Source: a virus
Strand: one strand, 5' to 3'
Length of the DNA: 45,432 nucleotides
IMG/VR virus record: IMGVR_UViG_3300042261_000976
Coordinates: 68,627-114,058 of that record
The notes below the pieces were generated by a model. It was not told where the DNA came from. It saw only the letters and a program-made list of their open reading frames with translations, and searched no databases. Both the position numbers and the translations under genes were made by a program. Shown piece by piece: positions 26,707 to 34,032 of this stretch (positions within the stretch are counted from its first letter, which is position 1; every line of letters starts with the position of its first letter).

Positions 26707-29084
26707 TCAGCTAATTTAAAATTTGTTATTTGAAGCCAAGGCCACACCTCTTTAACTCTAATTATAGTGCCACTATAGCCTTGAACATCATTACAATGGC
26801 TTATATCAACAATTGTCCACGAATCGCTCGTTTGATGAGGAATCCATTCACCGGAATTATAGACGCTAGTTTTATCAGTATCTTGTGTAGTTTTATCTCT
26901 CCAATAAAAAACTCTATCTCTATTTGAACGAACAATATCTCCAATACTATATTCGTATTCCTTAAATTCAGAAGGTTGTTCGTTGCCGAATTCACCTTTT
27001 TTATACCATTTGATTCCTTCTTCTAAAGTTCCTCTGATATTTTTATTGTAATATTCTCTCCATTTTGTATTTAAATTTTGCCAAAAAGAGCCACCTTCAG
27101 GGGTACTACTAAAAGAAAGAGATTTATCTATTAAATCTAATCCCTTCTTTTGGTTATGCCAATATTTTGGAAAATCGTTCATGACTTTAGAATTAATATA
27201 GTTTATGTATGTATCATAAGCCTTATTTTTTATTAAGAAATTTCTAAATTCGTCACTTATTATAAAATCATTATATTCATTGACATCAACTTCTTCATCA
27301 TCACTTAAATCACCAGCTCCATACCACTTCACTTTACCTTCTTTTAATTCGCCACGATGATTTGGATCAATACCCGCTTCTGGTGTAGTATAAAACCTCA
27401 TATAGTTTATCCATATTGCGTCTTCTTTTCTACACCATTCTTTATCATATTCACACCATTGAGCGTCAGAAACTTTAATTCTATCTCCAAGATAATCTAT
27501 TACATATTCTTGACCCGGTTCAATAGACGGATCAGCAAGTTTTTCTATATAATTTAAGTCCATTTCTTTCTTTTTCTTATCTTCTACTTTTTCCATATTC
27601 GTTGTTTGAAACCAAGGCCAAGATCCTTCCAATTGTACAATTGTTCCCGTGTAACCTTTTACATTATCCGCATAATCTACTGCCATAACAACTCTTTTAT
27701 CAAATTTATAACTACCGTCCCATTTACCTGGATTAGAAATACTTGTATCTTTTATATTCATTTTACTATTTTTAGAGTCGTCCCAATAATTAATTAATCC
27801 TTTTCTCTCTACTATATCACCTATCTTAAAATCTAATGCAGTATCATCTTTTCCTTCTTCTTCACTAAATTTTCCATCATTGTACCATTTAACTCCCTCT
27901 CGAATATTAGGATCCCTTATAATTATAGGATGATCGTTATTTACTTCAAGCACACCGTATCTTTTAGTATCAAATAATATAATTATTTGATTGCGTTTTT
28001 TAGATAAAGCTGGCAATAATCCACAAATTCTACCTTTATATAAGCCTACATTCTTTGTATTGGTATGAAATTCTATTTCTTTTCCTTTTAATTGATTTCT
28101 AATAGCTTCTCTTTTTTCATTCAGATATTTATACCAAAATTTCACAACTGTATATGTATTATCACTATTTAAATTTTCATCTAACCAATCTTCTTCACCG
28201 TAAGGGTCTCTATCTAAATTCATCAATCTTATTTCCTCTTTCTTTTTCCACATTTCTATTCTTCTCTGTTCTATAAATTCAGCATTATTTATAAAATCTT
28301 TTAATTTTATACATTTATTATATAGTTTTTGACTTCCATTGTCAGCCCTTTCTTGTGCTGTGCCTAAAATATATTTATTTACTATATTTATTCTTAAGCA
28401 ATCATTTGAACTGACGTTTGGAATATTTTCGGTTGGTTTAATACCACTTTTCCATATATATCCTAATTTTTCTAAATAATTTAGAAAGTCATTTATATCT
28501 TCCTGAGTTTCAAATTTAAAATATATCCAACCATTATATTCTTTAATATTTTCGTTAATTGTTTTTTCCTGCACATTCCAACCCCAATCTTCTTCGCCAT
28601 AAGGATCTAATTTTGGATCACCTGGTTTTTTCTTATATTTAAGACTTCCCGATTTCATAAAATCATCGAAAGACATTCTTTCTAGTCCCAATGATTCTAT
28701 TTTTTCTTCATCTTCACTTCTAACAAAACATTGATCACCATTATGAAAATAGAAAAATTTCATCAATTTTTTACTTCTCCCATATTGTTCTTTCGATTTA
28801 TATGTCTTTTCACCAATCTCATAGAGTTTCATAATGACTTTCATCATTTGATCGTAATCGTCATACATTATTGCCTTATTTCTTAAACTTTCATTAAGTA
28901 AAGCCTCATTTAAAAATCTTTTATATGATTTGAAAATGTTTTCATTCTTTGTTAGAGTTCCTATTTCTTTTAGTAAATCTTTGATATTTGTAATATATCC
29001 GTTATTAATTTTACCTTCTAACGCATCCATAGGTAAATCCATATCCATATCATGTAATACTTTCAAAAGTTTATCTTTTTCCAT
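26703..29084 (-). CDS. Large (793 aa) protein with internally duplicated domains and two DPYGEEDW motifs
   Basis: Two copies of ...D..GY(T/S)GTI(V/I)(Q/R)..(G/E).WPW(F/L)Q(T/I)TN, and three copies of G(I/V)KWY..G.F........IGDIV. DPYGEEDW occurs at aa ~162 and ~294. Confidence 0.4.
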   Translation of the reverse strand: MEKDKLLKVLHDMDMDLPMDALEGKINNGYITNIKDLLKEIGTLTKNENIFKSYKRFLNEALLNESLRNKAIMYDDYDQMMKVIMKLYEIGEKTYKSKEQYGRSKKLMKFFYFHNGDQCFVRSEDEEKIESLGLERMSFDDFMKSGSLKYKKKPGDPKLDPYGEEDWGWNVQEKTINENIKEYNGWIYFKFETQEDINDFLNYLEKLGYIWKSGIKPTENIPNVSSNDCLRINIVNKYILGTAQERADNGSQKLYNKCIKLKDFINNAEFIEQRRIEMWKKKEEIRLMNLDRDPYGEEDWLDENLNSDNTYTVVKFWYKYLNEKREAIRNQLKGKEIEFHTNTKNVGLYKGRICGLLPALSKKRNQIIILFDTKRYGVLEVNNDHPIIIRDPNIREGVKWYNDGKFSEEEGKDDTALDFKIGDIVERKGLINYWDDSKNSKMNIKDTSISNPGKWDGSYKFDKRVVMAVDYADNVKGYTGTIVQLEGSWPWFQTTNMEKVEDKKKKEMDLNYIEKLADPSIEPGQEYVIDYLGDRIKVSDAQWCEYDKEWCRKEDAIWINYMRFYTTPEAGIDPNHRGELKEGKVKWYGAGDLSDDEEVDVNEYNDFIISDEFRNFLIKNKAYDTYINYINSKVMNDFPKYWHNQKKGLDLIDKSLSFSSTPEGGSFWQNLNTKWREYYNKNIRGTLEEGIKWYKKGEFGNEQPSEFKEYEYSIGDIVRSNRDRVFYWRDKTTQDTDKTSVYNSGEWIPHQTSDSWTIVDISHCNDVQGYSGTIIRVKEVWPWLQITNFKLAE

Positions 29085-29189
29085 AACTCTATATATTAAA
29101 ATAGAATTTCTTAAAATTTTTGTTTAATTCAAAAAAAAGTTATAATTTTGTACTGATAAAAAATTATAAACTTAAAAAGAAAAAAAACT

Positions 29190-29792
29190 ATGAATTGGTA
29201 TTCTGTATTTTATTGGCTCACTGTAGCCAGTGGTGTGAAAGATTTTTTCGATGTAGCGTCGAACATTTTCACATGGTTTGCTGTACTTTCCTTCATCGCA
29301 CTTGTCATTATTACAATTGGCAAGTCTATTACTGTTAGTGAAAATCGTTTGAAGAATTCCGAAGACGATGTTAAAGATTCTGATTTCAGGGCTTGGGATA
29401 TGATTAAGAAATATATCCAGCCTTTTTTCTACACCATGTTAGGTCTTTCTATGATTACTTGGACTGCATGGACACTTGTCCCTTCAAAGAAAGATTGTGC
29501 TATTATCATCGCTGGTGGAACTGTTGGTAACTTCCTACAATCAGACACAAGTGCTAGGAAAACTATTCCGAAGGCATTTAATCTGTTAAATGCTTATCTT
29601 GATAAGGAGTATAATGAGGTACTTACTTCAAGCGAAAGGAAAGAACTAAATGTTCAAACAAAGGAAGATATTAAAGAAGCGAAGAAAGAAGAATTCCTTG
29701 ATAAAATCACTAAAGCCGGAACAAAACTTGGTAAAGATGAACTAAAGAAACAGTTAGATGAATTTTTAGGAGATACAGTACCAACAAAGTAA
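29190..29792 (+). CDS. Small membrane protein (3 predicted TM helices, charged C-terminal tail)
   Basis: Hydrophobic segments FYWLTVASGV, WFAVLSFIALVIITIG and MLGLSMITWTAWTLV, then a K/E-rich tail. The only plus-strand gene in this region, bracketed by terminators. Holin or immunity-type function is possible but not demonstrable. Confidence 0.35.
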   Translation: MNWYSVFYWLTVASGVKDFFDVASNIFTWFAVLSFIALVIITIGKSITVSENRLKNSEDDVKDSDFRAWDMIKKYIQPFFYTMLGLSMITWTAWTLVPSKKDCAIIIAGGTVGNFLQSDTSARKTIPKAFNLLNAYLDKEYNEVLTSSERKELNVQTKEDIKEAKKEEFLDKITKAGTKLGKDELKKQLDEFLGDTVPTK

Positions 29793-29825
29793 AAAAAAGG
29801 GAACCAAATTGGTTCCCTTTTTTTA
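29791..29825. terminator. Bidirectional rho-independent terminator
   Basis: AAAAAAAA-GGGAACC-AAATT-GGTTCCC-TTTTTTTT, sitting exactly between convergent genes 29190..29792 (+) and 29826..31406 (-). Confidence 0.8.
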
Positions 29826-31406
29826 TTATTTTCTTCTATGTTTTATTATATAATCAGTTATTATTTCTGGTATATTTATTTCTGATATAACAGAAAATGT
29901 TGGGAAGTGTGGTGAAGAATTGGCTTCCATTACATAATATTTTCCAGTAACTTTATCCTGAATAATATCAAAACCAACTATATCACATATTAAATGTTTT
30001 GATATATCCTCACACATAGCAATTATATCTGGTGGTAATGATCCTTTTACAGCCTTTCCACCTCTTGCAACGTTAGCTCTAAATTCCTTTGAACCTTTTA
30101 TTCTTTCTTTCTTTATTACTAGTTCAACTTTATTCTTTATAGAAATAACTCTATAATCTCCGTCATTAGGAATAAATTTTTGAATCAACATCAACTTATT
30201 ATTATATCCAAAATGATCTACTAATTGTGACATTTTATCAATCTTGAAAACTCCTTCTCCTCTATTTAGATTAACATCTTTAACGATGACTGGAAATCCA
30301 AATTCTTTAACATGTTGAATAACTCTTTTCGTTAATTTTGTTGCCATTATTGAAGGTATATAAGGATAACCCAAAGATTCTAATAAATGAAATTCATAAG
30401 CCTTATTATCTAAATCTTTATATGTGCCATATTTGAGATATGGAATATTGTGTTTATCTAAATAATGGATTAACATTTTAACAACGGTAGAGAAATTAGA
30501 CATAAAACCAAAGAAAACAAAATCATATTCTTTAAGTCTCATATTATCAATATAATAATCATTATTGACTCTATAAATATCATCGTAATTACAAAAATCT
30601 ACTAATGAATCTTTTAATTTATCCTTGAATAAGAGTGGGAATAACTCTGACATTTGACGTTTTCCCTTAAAGTAATTGTGTTTATCTTTTTCACCGTGAG
30701 TATCTATGGCTAAATCAAATTGTAAGAATAAAAATTTATGTTTGAATGCGACGTCTCTTTCTACAGCCTTGAATCTAAACATTTTATATGGGATTCTATA
30801 ACCTATTTCTATATGAGGTTCTCCACTTTTATAATATCTTCCTTTACTATCGCATACAGTTCTTACTTTATGAAATGGTTTTGATTTCAGAAATTCAATT
30901 TGACTATCGTTCAGATCATTAAAATCTTCACAAATAACATAATCCCCAACTTGAATAGGCAAACTATCAATATCAAATGCTACATCATCTTCATCAAGTT
31001 CTTCGCCTTCTTTACCCATTAATGTGTCCATAACATCTTTTGGTAAGAACTTAAAATATGGATGTTCTTCAAGATCTTTTTTACTGATCTTTTTCTTTTC
31101 TTTCTTTTCTTTCTTTTTTAAGAAATCAAGATATGGATTTCTACTAGTTTCTTCTCCTCCTTCTTCTTTATCCTTTTCATCGCTGATAGGATTTTCATCC
31201 GGAAACAATGGTAGTTCTATTTGATCGTCTTTTTCCACAACACGTTTGCCTGGTTTCCCATATCCAAACATATTACTAAATGGTTTATCCCAATCAAAAT
31301 TAAATCCAAATGGTTTCTTTGAAGGGTCTGGTGGAGGTGCTTTCTTTTTAACATCTTTTTCTTTTTTCGCCTCGAAATAAGATGAATATTTTTGAATTTC
31401 TGTCAT
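29826..31406 (-). CDS. ATP-grasp ligase of the RimK family, with N-terminal K/E-rich low-complexity region
   Basis: C-terminal 300 aa: FPVIVKDVNLNRGEGVFKI, LIQKFIPNDGDYRVISI, EFRANVARGGKA, DIVGFDIIQDKVTGKYYVMEANSSP, the order and spacing of RimK/glutathione-synthetase-type ATP-grasp motifs. N-terminal 130 aa are KKEKKEKKK / EE-rich and disordered-looking. Confidence 0.65.
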   Translation of the reverse strand: MTEIQKYSSYFEAKKEKDVKKKAPPPDPSKKPFGFNFDWDKPFSNMFGYGKPGKRVVEKDDQIELPLFPDENPISDEKDKEEGGEETSRNPYLDFLKKKEKKEKKKISKKDLEEHPYFKFLPKDVMDTLMGKEGEELDEDDVAFDIDSLPIQVGDYVICEDFNDLNDSQIEFLKSKPFHKVRTVCDSKGRYYKSGEPHIEIGYRIPYKMFRFKAVERDVAFKHKFLFLQFDLAIDTHGEKDKHNYFKGKRQMSELFPLLFKDKLKDSLVDFCNYDDIYRVNNDYYIDNMRLKEYDFVFFGFMSNFSTVVKMLIHYLDKHNIPYLKYGTYKDLDNKAYEFHLLESLGYPYIPSIMATKLTKRVIQHVKEFGFPVIVKDVNLNRGEGVFKIDKMSQLVDHFGYNNKLMLIQKFIPNDGDYRVISIKNKVELVIKKERIKGSKEFRANVARGGKAVKGSLPPDIIAMCEDISKHLICDIVGFDIIQDKVTGKYYVMEANSSPHFPTFSVISEINIPEIITDYIIKHRRK

Positions 31407-31487
31407 TAGGGAGACTTCTTTTTTAAATATAGAAAATATTATTTGATTTGTTTTCCTATTTTCCTTATATATAAAAAATTAAAAATC

Positions 31488-31518
31488 AAAAAAAAGGGGA
31501 CTTTTAATCCCCTTTTTA
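31488..31518. terminator. Bidirectional terminator-like hairpin
   Basis: AAAAAAAA-GGGGA-CTTTTAA-TCCCC-TTTTTATT, immediately downstream of the stop of 31519..31986 (-). Confidence 0.6.
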
Positions 31519-31986
31519 TTAGTACTTAAAATCATTTAAATTGTCGTGCCAAGTAAATCCATTATCAAACCCTTCCTTTTTGCCAAATCCTGGTAAAGGT
31601 GTTGATACGTGCCACCCATTTGGTTCTTCCACGTATGGTTTAACATAACCAAAGTGACTATTTCCTGTAGAACCTATTGGTGTGATTTCTTTTTTGTTCA
31701 AATAACTATCATAATTAGTATAATTATAATTCCATGAATTTGTATCTATTGGAGTATAAGTTGGAGTTTCATATTTCATAGTATAATCTGGAACACTATT
31801 ATAATCATAATTATTATAATTGAAGTAATTATTCACCTGATTATTATAATAGTCGTTATTTAGATTATTATTATTGTAATCATAACCATAGGAATAATTG
31901 TTGTTGTTCTGATCGTAATAACCATAACCATTGTTATAGTTATATTGATCCATTGGGTTCATTTGATAATTGTTGTCGAAGAACAT
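31519..31986 (-). CDS. N/Y-rich (prion-like composition) protein with ordinary C-terminal domain
   Basis: First ~90 aa are almost only N, Y, D, Q, G (NNYQMNPMDQYNYNNGYGYYDQNNNNYSYGYDYNNNN...). C-terminal 60 aa are of normal composition. Best Shine-Dalgarno in the window (AAAGGAGCTTATATG). Confidence 0.4.
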   Translation of the reverse strand: MFFDNNYQMNPMDQYNYNNGYGYYDQNNNNYSYGYDYNNNNLNNDYYNNQVNNYFNYNNYDYNSVPDYTMKYETPTYTPIDTNSWNYNYTNYDSYLNKKEITPIGSTGNSHFGYVKPYVEEPNGWHVSTPLPGFGKKEGFDNGFTWHDNLNDFKY

Positions 31987-32179
31987 ATAAGCTCCTTTCT
32001 TTTTGTTTTTTGTGTGAGGAGCCTATATTTTATGGAAAGACTCAACTCACAAATTTGATTTCTGTTTTCAAATTTGAATAATTCTTTTTTTTTTTATATA
32101 TAAAATAATAATGCTAGTTTAACACTTTTAGTAGTTAAATAAAGTTAAACGTTGTTAAATAAAGTTAAAGGGATTGATA

Positions 32180-33058
32180 TTAAACCAATCCCTTTATTTT
32201 TAATGCTCTTAATAGTCTTGTTAATCCTATTCCTCCACCATATCTTTTGAACATCTGTAGAGATAAATAATCTTCCAATTCTTCTTCAACTCTTTCTTGT
32301 GAAAATTCATTAAAAAGAAGTTTAGCATACATGCCATCACTGATTGTATGGAAGCTACTACGCATTTGTTCAACATCAGATTCTCTCTCAGCACTACCAA
32401 ATGTTTCTATACCACAAATTATAAAATCACATTTATTAAATAATTTTTCACCAGTCATTTTATTGTTTCCTTCCTGTTTCATATTCCAAAAAGGACTTGT
32501 TCTTTCCGGGAAATTAGTTATAGCAACTACATCGCCGTATTCTTCCCACATTTTAGTTTCATGTTCTGCTTCAAGAATTTCAACACCATATCTCTTGCAC
32601 AATTCGTCATATTCTATAAAAGGTATATCATCTACCGATTTCACAAACCCCATATGAACTGACAATTCACTTAAAGTTTTTAACAAATCTTTATATTCTC
32701 CTTTATGTTCAAATTCAAACATAGGGAATATTTTATCATGTCTTCCTTCGATTGGATTTGGTTCATCTCTATAACTTGTTGTTAAACAATATATGCCTTC
32801 AGATTCTTCTGGGTATGTCATTAATAACATTTCAAGATTCATCTGATTAGTTTGACTCAACGGCCAATTTTTACCATCAAATGTAAATGATCTGAGAGTT
32901 TTTGGATCTTCACAAGCAGCCATTATTGATCTAATCGGTTGTGGATAAACCTCTTTGTAATTTTTTTGCATAAAAAAATCCCTTAGTTTAACAATCATAG
33001 AATTAAACTCTTCGGGACTAATAACTTGTTGATTAAAAATTTTCTTTTTCATAAGCAT
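32180..33058 (-). CDS. Class II aminoacyl-tRNA synthetase catalytic-core paralog lacking an anticodon-binding domain (EpmA/GenX- or AsnA-like amino-acid ligase)
   Basis: Motif 1-like FFMQKNYKEVYPQPI; motif 2 TTSYRDEPNPIEGRHDKIFPMFEFE (fRnE...rH..EF.m.E.E); motif 3 GGGIGLTRLLRAL (GxGxGxxRL). 292 aa, only the catalytic core. Confidence 0.6.
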   Translation of the reverse strand: MLMKKKIFNQQVISPEEFNSMIVKLRDFFMQKNYKEVYPQPIRSIMAACEDPKTLRSFTFDGKNWPLSQTNQMNLEMLLMTYPEESEGIYCLTTSYRDEPNPIEGRHDKIFPMFEFEHKGEYKDLLKTLSELSVHMGFVKSVDDIPFIEYDELCKRYGVEILEAEHETKMWEEYGDVVAITNFPERTSPFWNMKQEGNNKMTGEKLFNKCDFIICGIETFGSAERESDVEQMRSSFHTISDGMYAKLLFNEFSQERVEEELEDYLSLQMFKRYGGGIGLTRLLRALKIKGLV

Positions 33059-33114
33059 TTTTTTTTAAGGGACAAAATGTTCCTCAAATTGGCATAAAAA
33101 AATAGTCAAAATGA

Positions 33115-33891
33115 CTATTTTTTATTTATTTTAGTTTTTTCTATTATTATAAAATTCTTCGATTTGTTATATCTTAAAATACTAGAAAAACTAAAGTTTT
33201 TTTCTTTTGAAAATTCTTTTAATTCATCTCTGCTTTTTATTTCAAATATATTATCATTGTTTTTTATTTTATAACAAACTGAATTTCCGTTATTTAATCC
33301 AAATCTTTCTATTTTCCATTTTTCTTTTAATTGTTCGGAATGAGTTTTATCATAAAAAGGATTTTTTTCTCCAATTTTAGCTTTTCTTATTTTTTCTTTT
33401 GATTCTTCTGTATGTTCAAAAATATGTCCTTCGTGTCCAATTAAAGATTTACTAATATTTTTTCTTCTCTCTTCTTTTTTCCTTTCTGACATATTTCCAA
33501 AAGCTATTATTACAGATTTTGATATTTTATCTTTTGTTGAATTATTATGCTTAAATCCACTTTGTCCTTCCCCACCATCGCTAAAATTAACAAGTGGTCC
33601 ATTTTCCATTCTTCCTATTTTTAATATTAATTCTTTTTCTTTCATAAAAGCTTTGTTTTCCGATAAATTATCATATACCTTTTTAACAATAGGAGTAAGA
33701 CCTAATTCTTTAATTTTACTAATTTTATTTAATTTATAAGAATTATTAATTGAATGATTCAAATGATAGAACATTCTATTGCCAATTCCTTTGCCTACAT
33801 AAAAAGGTTCAAAATCAAACTCTAAATTTTCATAAATGAATTTTCCTGGTTTTCTAGGATCTAAATAGATATAAACATAATATTCTTCCAT
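33115..33891 (-). mobile_element. GIY-YIG homing endonuclease (Seg / I-TevI-like, free-standing)
   Basis: N-terminal YVYIYLD...EPFYVGKGIGNRMFYHL (GIY...YIG...R...H). C-terminal NUMOD3-like helices (SKSLIGHEGHIFEHTEESKEKIRKAKIGEKNPFYDKTHSEQ). Located directly after the truncated DNA polymerase gene. Confidence 0.65.
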
Positions 33892-33905
33892 ATATACCGT
33901 AAAAA

Positions 33906-34000
33906 TTGGCGAACCCTAACTGCGGTGCGTCCACTGACTTTTTCAAGTTCTACACTAGCCCAAACGGTCGGAGCGCTCTTTTAGGTTTTACTCGCCAAAG
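33906..34000 (-). other. GC-rich ~95-nt structured element between the polymerase fragment and the homing-endonuclease gene
   Basis: Local GC ~55% against ~30% background. Bounded by a 7-bp inverted repeat TTGGCGA...TCGCCAA. Contains the palindromes GAGCGCTC and AGCGCT. No coding frame. Confidence 0.35.
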
Positions 34001-34032
34001 TTTATATATTTAATTCAAAAAATCAATTTTTT

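Noticed and set aside
8926-29150. Bacteroidota-type -7 promoter motif TAATTTTG upstream of 8946, 25227 (-), 25311 and 29190
   Set aside because: At this base composition the 8-mer is expected about 8-9 times by chance in 45 kb on both strands, and no matching -33 TTTG was seen. Not significant without genome-wide statistics.
33906-34000. tRNA gene as the explanation for the GC-rich island
   Set aside because: A 7-bp acceptor-like stem can be drawn, but there is no D-arm or T-arm (no TTCRA T-loop) and no anticodon arm of the correct spacing on either strand.
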